From the human T2T-CHM13v2.0 reference genome, Homo sapiens, in the NCBI RefSeq assembly GCF_009914755.1, contig NC_060935.1: a DNA stretch of 64,000 nucleotides. One strand, written 5' to 3'. Below, piece by piece: positions 14,578 through 27,918 of this stretch; position 1 is the stretch's first letter; each line of letters opens with the position of its first letter. The notes under the pieces are model-generated. The model did no database searches and had not been told where the DNA came from. It saw only the letters and a list, made by a program, of their open reading frames with translations. The position numbers and the translations under genes are program-made.

Positions 14578-15982
14578 CCCTGGAGGCCAGCCCCTTTAGA
14601 TGACAGCAGCTCCAAAGCACTCTCAAATTCCCACAGAATTCAGGTCTGTGAACATTTTGGAAGACCCTGGGAAGGGCCAGGCTGGAAGAGGATGAAGCCC
14701 TAGGTGCCTCAGGGAGAGGGGACGGAGGGTGTGAGTGCTGTGCTCACAAAGGTTTCTACACCAACAGTGCCCTCCACCCAGGAGAAGAACACGTCCTGCA
14801 CTCCACAGAGGCTCTTAGCAACCTCCTACCCTACAGTGGACAGCCCTGTATCAGGCAACTAGCCTGTGGCTTCTAGATCTAAATATTTCAGAGCATCTAC
14901 TGCAGCACAACAGCTCTCTGGACATTCTGTTTCCTTGGGTGGCACAGCCGGGCTGTCTCCACTTATGGCACCACATCCTACTTCAAGAGGAAATCTTGAG
15001 GCTTCATGGGGGCAGCTCGCCTGCTTATTGGTGATGGGGAAATGATGGGGGCAACAGTGGAGCAGGCCCAGAGCTGGGAATCTGGAGGTGCTGCTTCCAT
15101 CCCAGCTTCACTAACAAGTCCCCCAACCCCCGCCCTCCCATACACAAGTCACCCTTGGCCTCTGTCTTCTACCAGCCAAAGAGGCAGGTAGACCATTTGG
15201 CTCTGATAGCTCTTCTGGTATCCCCACATTCCGGTGACCGTACTGAACCAAGACTGAGGAAAGTCCTCCTTAATAGGATATGCAGGCACATCTGTGGACA
15301 CGCCCATAGTCACAAGCCCGAGTCTGGGAAAGTACAGGAGTAGACCGGCATTCCCTGCCTCTTTCCCTTCCCCAAGGCCTCCAGGCAGCCACCCTGGGGC
15401 TACAGTCTGAGGACGGGTCCAGGCCGTCCTCCGTCTCACAGTCTGAGGACGGGTGAGCCCTGGGGAGGGGCGAGCTTGGTGCTTGGGGACCCTGGAATCC
15501 CGTAGCTGGCCTGAGGCCCTCCTGCCCCTGTGCGCGCTGTGGCTGCTCCAGAAAGCCTGGGAAACAGCGGGGCCAGGAGCACCCTTATCAGGCTGGAACT
15601 CAGGGTCCTCCTGGGGAAGGAGGGGTATCCAAATGGCCTCCAGTCCCCCGGTGCTGCTACCAGGCAGGCCCCCTCCCTCTTCGTGCCCCCTCCCCACACG
15701 TACAACAGGCCGGAGCTGATGCTGAACAAAGCGCCGCTGCAGGGGTACCGGTTGTTTTACATATGATTTGAATATTGTTTCTTTCAAGTCAAAATAGCAC
15801 AGCAAGCCCCTCCCCACCCAGGCCTCTTCCTTAGCTCTCATTTGTTGCCCTGAAGGGCGTGCAACCCTTGCCGCATCCAGCCGGCCCAGGTGGCCCAGCG
15901 GGGGACACAGGGAGCTGCTGGGTGCCCAGGGCGGGCCTGCTCAGCGGTGTTAACGGTGCGGCCCCCTTTCTCCTGCCCACAG

Positions 15983-16004
15983 GTCCTCCATGTGAATCAA
16001 TCCC
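15983..16004 (+). other. PKNOX2: 5' UTR part of the first coding exon
   Basis: Acceptor ccccctttctcctgcccacAG ends at 15982; 22 nt precede the ATG at 16005. Confidence 0.9.
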
Positions 16005-16091
16005 ATGATGCAACATGCCTCCCCAGCCCCCGCTCTGACGATGATGGCCACGCAGAATGTCCCGCCCCCACCCTACCAGGACAGCCCACAG
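16005..16091 (+). CDS. PKNOX2: PKNOX2 coding exon 1 (aa 1-29, MMQHASPAPALTMMATQNVPPPPYQDSPQ), phase-0 end
   Basis: ATGATG at 16005; 87 nt to the donor CAG|GTGAGT; the translation matches the PKNOX2 N-terminus. Confidence 0.96.
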
Positions 16092-19000
16092 GTGAGTGCG
16101 CAGGGGCCGCTGCCTCCCACCACGGGGGAGGGAGTGTGGTGGCCTTAGAGCCCCAGCTGCAGGCTGGGACATTCCAGGGGCCGACGGGCAGAGCCAGGCC
16201 TCCCGCAATCACGTCCTGGTGGCACTCCGGGCTCTTTCCCGTCAGCCTGGGGAGCGAGAGCCCTGCAAACACAGACCCCGAGGGCAGTCACCAGGTTCAG
16301 ACCCCAGGAGCTAGGACTGGAAGCTAGATTAGTGGCCACAGTCCTGGCCTCCACCCCATCCATCAGACAGCAGACAAGCGCAGCCAAGCCCCTTTGCTGT
16401 GACTGGGGCAAAATCCACAGTGGGGGAGACCCAGGTACCGGATGTGAGCGGAACCGCCCTCTGAGTGTTTGAGAAACTTCACACTCAGAGGTTTCTGAGT
16501 GCCAGGCCCCCCATTCTCGGGTCACTTGGGCCCTTTTGTCCTCCTCTGCCTGCCTGTCGGGAGAATCTCTGTTCTCTTCAGAACTCTTCTGGGCTTCTAC
16601 TTTTAAAAAGCCAAGATTCTTTCTGCACACCCCGCAACCCTTTCCTTCTGGTCCCCAGCTTCCATCCCTCAGATCAGACACAGCCGCCCCCCAAGATCTT
16701 CTGCGCTCCCCACCCCGATTGCCTCTCCTGCAACATGCCCCTCCTCAGCAGTGCCTTCTGGCTGTCTTCATGCTGCCTGCCCTTCTCCTCCTGGAAGCCT
16801 GCCCAGCTTGTGGGGGCTGCCCTCCTACATCCTTTAGACCAGCCGCTTTTCCTTTTTGCTTCCCCCAGGTGCTCCTCTTGTCCACCCTTGGTTCTTTGGA
16901 AACTTCGAGTTTTGTGTCTGTGCTTTCACAGAAGCCTTCATTCTCTGACCCTTCCCTTCACACTCTCCTGTCAATATGAATTCAATAATTATTTATTGGG
17001 CACCTGTGATGTGAAATGCACCCAGCTAGAATGTCCATCCACAAATTCGCCCATGTGCAGCAGGTGCCCGCTGGGTGCTGTGGGCAGGCTACCATCTGCA
17101 CTCCTCCAGCAGCCACTCTCTGCCCTCCTCTGCCATCCCTCACTCATTGGCATTTTCAAACACAGTGGTTCTCATGGGCCACACGGAAGATTTGTGCAGC
17201 ATGAAAGGGGTCTTAAGATGCAGATGCCAGGCTTGTGCTCACTATGGCCCTGATGCCTCCAGCCTAGTGGGAGCATGTAGTAGCTGCTTTATACATCATT
17301 GTCATCCTCTGGGAGATTACCAGATGCTGTGGGGCTTCTTTCTAGCGTACCCAGCATATGGAACACCTTTGCTCTGCCCTTGAAGGTCCAAAAGCCCTGG
17401 TCCTTCACCAATCTCTGAGCACATGTCTACGGCCCCGCTCCCACATATCAAATCATATTACTTCCCCAGCTCTCCCAGCCTAACCCCATCCTCAGCGAGC
17501 CCTCTGCTCATGCCAGTAGCTTCCATTAATAAGCCACAGGGTTGAACTTGGCCTTTACATGGCTCTTGTATTTGAAAGCTTCCAGGCATCCAACACTATG
17601 TCAAGTCCCTTCCCTCTGTAGTTTCAGCTCCCGAGACAAAGTTCAGAAGGAGCCCTCAACTGATGGGAACCTTTTGCCTCCCAAGAAAGAAGTGAGAGAA
17701 GAAGCTAGGGGCCAGAATAGGGGCAAGATCATCCTTCTTTGATAGCAGCAGACCCATTCCCATTCCACTCAGCCAGCACACATCGATGCCCACATATCGA
17801 TTAAGTGGTGGGAACGTGGGCTCCACTTGTTTTGTGACTGGATTCTCTCTCCAGAAGAATGGGGAACAGAGATGGAGACCCTTCCTGTATTTAGCAGGTG
17901 GTAGCTGCCAAGGCCCACACCTCCATACCCAAGACTCAAGGACAGACCAGGGCAGGGCTGAGAGGTCAGAGAACACTGTGTTGGCATGACTGATGGTGGC
18001 CCCTTCCCTCTCACCCACCCCTCCCTGTTTTGACTGCCTGGGGAGCTGGGAGAAGTTTTGGTTTGGCGGGGATTAGCCGGAGAGCTGCAGCAAGGGCCTG
18101 TGTTGAATGCTGATCCAGAAGCCTAATTTAGTGATCAGCATACAGCTGGATTAATAAATCCCAGCTATCAAGGGATGGATGGAGGTGGGCTGCAGCCCTA
18201 AGGTGCTCAGCCCCCCAGAAGTCACCACTGAGCTGCTCTAGCCTTTGTGAGGAAGAAGGGAGTCTCCACTTCCATATCTAAGGTCTCAGACAGAAGCCAG
18301 ACACAGGCACTGCCCGAAGGCTCTCCTCTCTGAGGATCCGCCAGAATGTCACCATTTAAAATCTTCATATTTAGAGCAAAGGAATAATTTGCCCTGGGGA
18401 AGCTGCCATCTATTTGTAACCCTGGCAATCCATGAGTGAAATGTCTGATGAGAAGCATCAGTGTCCATGGTGAACTGACCAGGTCAAGATGTCAGGGTCT
18501 TTACGGCCTTGATGAAGGCACTAGGCTATGCCCAAATTGCCATTGGCCTTCCCCAAGCTGAGCTGGTTCCCAAGGAAACCGAGCAGGATGTGGGGCTAAG
18601 GGAAAGGAGCTAGGGCAGGGGTGGAGTGGGAGGGATGGGGGAGCTGGGGGATGCCCCCAGAACAAAGGCTTCTGACTCTAGGGGGAAAGGCTGTTCTCTC
18701 CAAAGAATGCTAGTATTTGAGGGCCTTCTGCCCACTCTTTCGGGCTTCTAGGAGGGGCTCCCTTGTAGGAACAGCTCTTCCGTGCATGCCTGGCTGCTGG
18801 CACTTTCTGCAAACTTGCATTGGACCCCTGACTTCTTCCCTTTATCTTTTCGAGATATGGACCCCAGCTTCCTAGGGGGAGACTGCTGCATTTCCCTTCA
18901 GAATGCTCATATCCCCAAGAACCAGCCGCTCTCTGAGACTCCACATGTTCAGGGAAGCAGGACCTGATGGGAACATGGGCCAGGCACACCAGGGAATCCT

Positions 19001-19565
19001 GTCCAAAACAGAGCTCTCAGGAAACAAAGCCCACTCCCTCCTCATTCCTTTAGGTCTAATCTCATTACTTGTGGACCACGTATGACTTGTTTCCTCACAA
19101 CCTGGGCAGCTGAGCACACCTCTCCATCACCTCTTCAGAAACCCAGTTTCTTCCACAGGCAACAAATGGGCAGTCTCTGATATGAAGTCCCCCAAATGAA
19201 AAAGGAAGCGAGACGCAGAGCCCTTCCTCTGAGACCCATGCGATCGTTTTAATAATGTTCCCGTTGTGCTAAGGGCTAGCAATACCGAGCATAATCTATT
19301 CAAATGCACAGGAGAATCTCACTTTGGAAAATTAGGAATCTGCATTAAAAAATTCCCAAGCCCCGGACCTTCTTTATAATAAATTAGAATTTTTTTTCAA
19401 GGCGAGTTCTTAACTTGGCAATTTCATTTTTGAAGTTTGGGGAATAAAGTTATTAAAAATGAGGGAGGCTTTTTTTTCTTCCCATTTTAGTAGAGAAGCA
19501 TTCACTGTTATGGCCTCGTGCTATTTGGGCACAAGCCAAGTGATACGATGGCTAAGCGGCTTCTA

Positions 19566-20105
<540 letters not shown>

Positions 20106-21721
20106 TTAACTACAGGACCCCAATTTCAGCATGCTGTAACTGGGTCCTTGATGCAGACCCCTCACTTTATGCCCTGAAGAGGTAGGGGTAAGTCACTGGG
20201 GTAGTGGAATTCTACAATGATTGCCTAATGACCACACTGTCTCTAGAGAGACCTGGATGTGAACTAGGTGTGTGAGCCTCAGTTCAGTGCGTTGTGTTGA
20301 TTCCAACATCACCCCACTTCTGTTCTGTATCTCTGCCATAGTGGGCCTGGCTGTCAGCTGGACTTTCACAGCCCCCTCCTCCCACTGCCCCAAGAATCCC
20401 CACTGACCCTTCCATTTGCTACTATTTCTGTCCTCTCCTGCCTTGCTTAGAATCCCAGCAAGTGTCACTCCAGCCTCCCTCCCAGAATTTTCTTGGGAAC
20501 ACACAACCACCCCGTCACTCCTTCTAGGCAAATACCTCTCATTCATGTACTCTCAGAAATGTCACTCGAGACCTTCCTGTAACACCCATATGCAACATCA
20601 CCCGCCAAGCGAAGTTCTCACTTCTATAGCTCCATCAGCCACTCCGGGGAGCCATCCGGGTTCACTAGCAAAGGCAACCACTTCACTCCCCTCACCTTCC
20701 CACACAAAACACACTCTCACTATCAGCACCCCCCCCCCCCACAACTTTTCCTCAAACACAGACACATACCTACTGTTCCACAAATATCTTTGCCCTTGGC
20801 TTATTAGCAAGACAAATATTGTATCTGGTCTATTTGAGTATGTATTCAATGTTTAGTATGCTTCAGTCTGCGTGTCCCTGGCATGTCAGCTGCATGAGCA
20901 TTGGACTAGAAAGCAGAAATCCTGGTAGATCCTAGTCTGACCTACTAGGCACAGCCCCTGTCAATGTGGAACTAAACTCAATGGATAGTTTAGGAACAAA
21001 CTGATGGGTAGGTAGCTAGGGGCTTACGTAGCATGACTTGATGATGAGTGGCATTGAAAGGGTTTGGGAAGTTCACCAAGGATGCAGCCTCATTTTTGAA
21101 CAGAGAGAGAAAAGACAGGCAGTTAGAACTCGTAGTTGAGGTCCGGTTTGTGAGGCTCACTTCGGAAGGAAGTCAAGTGTTTGCTTGGGGCCCCTTTGCA
21201 AAAGCTGTGTCCCTCCCATTCCCCTCACCCCGATCCTCCAGCATCCCTCAGAGTGGGGAGAATGGTGTCTGGGACTCCAGGACATGGCACTCAGAGATCT
21301 GGGGTCAAGACAACATTGTCTCACTTACCCTGCAAGAGGAAGGCTAAGGCTGGGCCAGCCACACTGAGGAAGCCAGACCTGTCTCTCTGGGCACCTTCTT
21401 TCCCTCCCTGTCCTAGCACCATCCCCACTCCAGGTGGGGCCAGGGGAGGCAGATATCCTGGGGAAGCTGGATGGGCTTTGATCAGTCATTAGGATCCCCA
21501 TGCTGGTTTAATTAACTGGAGGCAAAAGGGGGTGGCTGGGGCCCCTGGCTGTGAATGGCCTCCATCCAGGCCACACAGCTGTGACAGGCAGAAGTGGGTT
21601 CAGATGTTTTCACACTCGCTTTACATTCCTCTCATCTCTTTAAGGGCTGGAGCCCCCTGCCTTGCAGGGCCCTCTGCTCAGCTGCCTGTGAAACACATTT
21701 GCTTTGCAGCAATAGAGTTAA

Positions 21722-21971
21722 TTCAGCAGCTTTGAAAGTTCCCCTAAGCCTTTTCTGTGATGGTGATTGATGGCTCCCTCTGCCCCTGGGGGCAACACCC
21801 CAGGGACCATATGAGGGCCCACCTTCCCTTGCTTCGACTCACCAAAACAGACTCTTCTCTTTCTTTTTTCTTTTCTGCTGGGCCTTTCTTCTCTTTGTGC
21901 ACAGTGACCTCTCTCTCTGCCTGCTTGGGCCACCCATGTCTTTAAGCTGAACATATCCCTGAACTCCAACT
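21722..21971 (+). repeat. Copy 1 of a ~250-bp local direct duplication
   Basis: Colinear with 23950-24198; ORFs 21718..21978(-) and 23972..24250(-) share near-identical peptides. Confidence 0.93.
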
Positions 21972-23780
21972 TACTCAAGACCTGGACTCTTCATTGTGTA
22001 AAAGGCAAAAACAACCTCCAGGTCCAACCGTGGGGCCTTTATGCCCATGTAGGAGATGGTGGGCTGTCAGCATGGCTTTAAACTTGGGAAGAAACACTCT
22101 ACTGGCCTGGTCTAGGTATTTTATTTGATGAACTTACTATATTCTGATATTTACCAAAAACAGAGATTTTATTGTCTACTCCCTTGTCCCCAAGCAGAAC
22201 GAATGAATGCCCTAAACAGCTACAAAAATAATTAATGGCCCTGGGATACAAAGCCTAAAATAAATCAGGGGACAGGTGATCCAAGTCAGCAGCGGGTCTG
22301 GGGAGGACCTTACATGCTCTGCCTGCCTTTCGCACGCCGTTGGTCTTAGTTGGTCTTCAGAAAGCTTTGGTGTCTGTGCGGCCTGGCAGGAGGCAGGTGG
22401 GTGAGTTAGGGCCCCAGGATGCTTGCTGTTCTTGAAGTCTGTGGTCTGAAGAGGAGGATGGAATGACTCAATCTCGTAGAAATTCAGCAATCAGGACTTG
22501 TAATAAGAATTTGTATAATTATCAGCTCCACTGCTGATGAATTATACAAATTTAGGCAAGTAATTTCAGAGCTATTTCTTTCATCCACTTATCCATTCGA
22601 TAAACATTGAGTGTGTCCTGTGGGCCATGCGGACATTGTGCTGTGTACTGGGGTGCAAAATCAACAGAGTTCCTGTCCTCTTGGAGCTTAGAGTCCATGT
22701 GGGGCCTTAGTTTCTGCATTCATAAAATGAGAATAACTCTGCCCTCCCTGTCTCACGAGGCTGTTGAGAGTGTGGGAACAAAAAGTACAGTGGTGTTCCT
22801 CAGCCCCTTTTCACCCTCACCCCAACTTCATTCTTCACTCGATCACCTGCACATCTCCAGCAGCCCAGATGGGATTTAACCTTAATTACTTTTTATTAGG
22901 AACATAATAGGCATGTCAAATAGGTTTTACCAGCTATGAACACCCCCTTACACACACGCACACACATAGATGTGCACACACAGGGATTCTGGTGTGCCCT
23001 CTGAAGGACCTATTGGAAATCACTGGTTTTGGACTATTACAAAAGGGAAGGATCTTCCAGAGGGAAGCGATGGGATGGGCAGGAGGCCATCAGTTCCCGG
23101 GAAAATGCACAAAGCTGGGAAGTGGAGTCCACAGCTTTCCTCTTCTTGGCCTCCTGTCAGTGACAGCCCAGGAAATGCAGTTAGGGGCAGTGAATGTTCC
23201 ATGAGTCACATTGTGTAAACCACCACTTACAAACCCTTTTAAAATTAATTAACTAACTGAAACCCCCATTGTACACCACTGAGCAACTCTTCTATGGTCT
23301 GTTCTGTCCACTTGGCCTGGGATCAGAATGGAGGTGACCGAGGCCTGCTGTTCCAAGAGCCTCTTTGAGCTACACTGGGCTGTCCGGCTCTGATGCCGGC
23401 CCTTCCTCTCCCTGGGCTAACTGGGTTGGGGAATATTTTGAGGGGCCTTCTTTGGCCTCTCCCAGGATTTGGGATCCCTGAGGCCTTTAACACATCACTC
23501 AGTCATTGCCTCCTTCTGGTCATCCTTCAGTCATTTAACATGTGGGAGTACACTGCGGGCAGGCATGGGAGCTGGGAGACCAGCCCGCTCATGAGACAGG
23601 CAAAGGGCCTGGTGTTGCCGGTGTTGGGGTCCGTTCAGATGAGGCAGGAGTCCAGTCTTCTGCGGCCTGGGGAGGGAGGAGAAGCAGGAAAGGCTTCTTG
23701 GAAGAGTTGAAGCTGCAGCTGGGTGGGAGGCAGGTTGCAGGGGAGATGAGGACAGTCCCTGCTGAGGCAGCTGTGGGAGC

Positions 23781-23858
23781 AAAGGCAGGAAGGTAGACAC
23801 CATCGGAAAGGCAGGAAGGTGGACACCATCGGAAAGGCAGGAAGGTGGACACCATCAG
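23781..23858 (+). repeat. 26-bp minisatellite, 3 copies (aaaggcaggaaggtRgacaccatcRg)
   Basis: Units at 23781, 23807 and 23833. Confidence 0.95.
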
Positions 23859-23949
23859 GTGCGCTCAGGCAACCAAGGGTAGGTGTGAGGCGATAGGGTA
23901 AGGGGAGGAGGGCTGTGCAGGTGACAAGGCTGCGGATCCGTGAGCAGCT

Positions 23950-24198
23950 TTCAGTAGCTTTGAAAGTTCCCCTAAGCTTTTTCTGTGACTGTTAGCGAAG
24001 GGTCCCTCTGCCCCAGGGGCAACACCCCAGGGACCATATGGGGACCCACCTTCCCTTGCTTTGACTCATCAAAACAGACTCTTCTCTTTCTTTTTTGTTT
24101 TCTGCTGGGCCTTTCTTCTCTTTGTGCACCTTGACCGCTCTCTCTGCCTGCTTGAGCCACCCATGTCTTTAAACTGGACATATCCCCATACTCCAACT
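23950..24198 (+). repeat. Copy 2 of the ~250-bp local direct duplication
   Basis: ttcagtagctttgaaagttcccctaagc...ctccaact aligns end to end with 21722-21971. Confidence 0.93.
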
Positions 24199-24589
24199 CG
24201 CCTGAGCAGGCCCAGGTCTGGAGCGCCCTGGACTCTGTGCCCCCCAACAATGTTCATGTCCCCTGTTGCCTCCTACCTATTAAGGCCAGACTTGATGTTT
24301 ACCAAGTGACCTCAAGCCCTGACCTCTTCCCGGGTCCTTGGCTTCTCTCCTGGTTGCCAGGAAACTGATCCCATACCTGGCTTGCCCCAAACTGGAGGGA
24401 GTACCAGCCCTGCCGGGCCCGCCTGAAGCCTCAGTGGCCCCTTGAGGGCTAGGCCTGGGCAGCCCCAGGGGGCCAGAACACAAGGTTTTGGCAGCCTAAG
24501 GGGGCCCTCCTGGGGCTGGCTGGCACCTACTCTGCCATGTCAGGTGGAGGGCTCAGAAGAGGGGATGTCCTCTTAGGAGTGTCTGTGCT

Positions 24590-24874
<285 letters not shown>

Positions 24875-26235
24875 AGGAGTGTCTGTGCTGAGAAGGTGAA
24901 GGCTTGGGTGTTCAGCGTTTTCAGAAAGAGGCCCTGTGGGAGGTGTGTGGGGGTTTAATAGTCATAACAAGCAAGACTGTATGCAGAGGAGTGGGGGCAC
25001 TGGGGCCGGATCTGAACAGGGGGTGGGATTTGGATTTGATTCAGAGGAGAAATCTAGCAAAAGGAAGCATTAGAATTGCTTAGAAACCAAGGTTTGCGGG
25101 GCATCTGCTGCTTGCAATGCACCCTCACATATGGTCTCGCAGTAGCCCTGGGAAGAGATATTAATAGCTCCATTTTTACCTCATGGGGAAACTGAGGCTC
25201 AGAGGAACTGAGTCCTTGCCTTGGGCATGCCACTCAATTCCAAGCTGGTAACGCATAATGTAACCTTCTGTGACACCAGGGGCCGCCTGTTCCTGCACTT
25301 GAACTCACACTTGCCTACCTCCCAGGGAATTTATGCAGAATGGGTTCCTTCAGCAGGGGTGGCACCCACACTGGTAGGACCCCCAGGGCAGCCCACATGA
25401 GAGAAACAACAGCAGCCAGCTCTCAGGGTGTGGGCTGTAGGCTGTGTGGATTTTATTAACAATAACCGCCATATGCTGAATAGCTACTGAGGGCCAGCTA
25501 CTTTGCATATAATTGTCTCATTTAATTCTGAACACCCTGTACCTTGAGTATAATTATTCCCATTTTATAGATGAGAACCCTGGTTGAAAAAGGTTGAGTA
25601 ACTTGCCCAAATCACACAGGCAGGAGAGAGCCAAATACAAAGCAGAGATTCATCCCAGCACAGCGTGCTCTGTCCCATTGTTTCCAGCTCTGGGCTGGAC
25701 ACCCAAATCCCCCCAGTCAGTTATGTGGTCAGGAACTGTAGACTTCTCTTTTGTGACCTGAGGATTCAGGGTCAAGGAGGTAAATCTGCAGCTAAAATGG
25801 TAGCATTCAATCAGACCTGCCCACTCCATACCAGTCATTCCTGATTCAACAGATAGTTCAGATACTCTCTCTACCAGACACTGAGGCTACGACAGTAAAC
25901 AGAAAAGCCCTGGTCCTGCCCTCAAGGATCCTACAGTCTAGTGAGGAGGGAGGCGAGTGAGCAGACAGGTCACAGCAGCATGCTGAGGGCCACGCAGGCC
26001 TGGGGCAGAGGAGCCTGGCCTGGTTCTGGATGCTCTGCCACCATCCACTGGAGGAGACAGACATCCCCATCATGGCGGTGGGAGGTAGGAAGCACCTCGC
26101 CTATTTTTCAGATGAGAAACCTGAAACCCCAGAAGGTAAAGTTCCATCTTTAAGGCTGTAAGTGGTAAGAGTGGGATTCAAAACTAGTTCTATCTGAAAC
26201 CCACGCTTCTGCTCTCCCCAATGCCAACCATCTTC

Positions 26236-26404
26236 TTTTTTTTATTTATTTTTTTGACTTTATTTATTTATCTTATTATACTTTAAGTTCTAGGGTACAT
26301 GTGCACAATGTGCAGGTTTGTTACATATGTATACATGTGCCATGTTGGTGTGCTGCACCCATTAACTCATCATTTACATTACGTATATCTCCTAATGCTA
26401 TCCC
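26236..26404 (-). mobile_element. 5'-truncated L1PA 3' end
   Basis: ttattatactttaagttctagggtacatgtgcacaatgtgcaggtttgttacatatgtatacatgtgccatgttggtgtgctgcacccattaactc is the antisense L1PA 3' UTR, preceded by a poly(T) tail. Confidence 0.95.
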
Positions 26405-27062
26405 ACCCCATCTTTTATGGGTGCTGGAAAGACCTTGGTATCAGCCCCACTTCTAAACCATCTGCTCCCACCTCCCATGAGCAAGGGAGGAAGTCTGAAG
26501 GGAAGTTGGCAGGAGGCAGCAGCTGAATGCAACTTGGGCCTCCGGGCTCCAGAAGGCTTGAAGCCCCTGCAGGCAGGTTTCCTGTGGGCTCTCGGCCTCC
26601 AGGCTCCTCATAGCCTGGGAGGGAATTTGACCCAGCAGTGAGCCACCTTCGATTAATAAACCAGCTGTGCCTTCCCACATGGGTTCCACATGGGAGAACT
26701 GTTTCTGGCACGATCATTGTTGGGAGAATGATTTGAACTCGTAGGGGAGAGGTTTGTTGAGGGAGAGGGACAAACTGGGACCAGCAGTGAGGACGGGGTG
26801 GACTAGATGGAGACTTAGAACACATGCAGAGGGGGGTGAAGTTTCATTCTAATTGGAGCCCCCCTACACCTCCTGCCTCTTTTTTCACAGAGAGGGGAAA
26901 ATCTTCCCATTCTCCTCTTCAAAGAAAAGTAATTAAATGCTCCAATTCACATAGTGCGATTAGTCAGAAGGCCCTCTGTGGGCTTCTGTTTTCTCATCTG
27001 TGAAATGGAGATGATGATAACCTACTGCACAGGATTATTGTGAAACATGAAGGCCCACATGG

Positions 27063-27370
27063 TTTTTTTCTTTTTCTTTTTTTGTTTTTTAGAGACAGGG
27101 TCTTGCTCTATCTCCCAGGCTGGAGCACAGTGGTACGACCATAGTTCACAGCAGCCTCGACTTTCTGGACTCAAGCAATCCTCCTGCCTCAGCCTCTCGA
27201 GTAGCTGAGACTACAGGCACCACCGCATCCAGCCAATTTATTTTACTTTTTGCAGAGATGGGTTCTTGTTTTGTTGTCCAGGCTGGTCTTGAACTCCTGG
27301 CTTCAAGCAATCCTCCCACTTCAGCCTCCCAGAGCACTGAGATTACCGGCATGAGCCACTGCACCCAGCC
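27063..27370 (-). mobile_element. AluJ-like element
   Basis: Antisense Alu with J-type features (gagacagggtcttgctct, gactcaagcaatcctcc, tcaagcaatcctcccacttcagcc). Confidence 0.92.
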
Positions 27371-27863
27371 CAGAAATATTTTATTAGCTTATTAGAACAA
27401 AACATGTCACTCTTCCCCTACAATTGGAAAAAGATGGTGCTTAACAGAAAAGAAGCATCTGTGGGGGCTTTGGGTATCAGTGAGGGCAAGTTACATGCTT
27501 CCCAGCACCCCTTAAAACACACCAGGGAGCATCTCCTACTCATTTTCATGAGTAGAAGGCCAGACTGCCAGCGTGGCTGGATCTCTCAGCCCCACCCAGA
27601 TTTTACACACCTGCATATACATCTGACAAGCCCTGACTCTTCCCACTCCTTTTTAGAATGGGAAAAGAAGGAACCTTCAAACCAAGAATCTGGGCAGGGT
27701 TTCCTTAGCTGCGAGCTTAAGGCAGAACTGGTTCTGGCTAGATGGCAGACAGAAGTCCAGTGGCTATAGCATCTACGAGAGGGACGTGCATGGAGGTGAT
27801 GGCCCCAGGGTCTTTGCCCCAAGAAAGAACCCTAGGCCAAGAGAGGACATGGGAAGCGCAGAA

Positions 27864-27918
27864 CCCGCTTCAGCCTCTCAAAGCACTGGGATTACAGGCG
27901 TGAGCCACTCACCCACCC
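27864..27918 (-). mobile_element. Alu 5'-end fragment (part of a local duplication)
   Basis: cccgcttcagcctctcaaagcactgggattacaggcgtgagccact followed by the same flank as the Alu ending at 27370. Confidence 0.8.

Noticed and set aside
15149-15841. 230-aa antisense ORF near the first coding exon
   Set aside because: Stop-poor GC-rich DNA; the peptide resembles no family I know, and the TRPQTV repeat just reflects the 17-bp DNA duplication.
16465-17253. Longest ORF in the track (262 aa, +)
   Set aside because: It has a non-ATG start, a C/L/P/S-rich composition typical of pyrimidine-rich intron, no recognisable domain and no supporting splice structure.
23781-23858. 26-bp repeats as a possible CRISPR array
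   Set aside because: The units are head-to-tail with no spacers, there are no cas genes, and the context is a primate intron.
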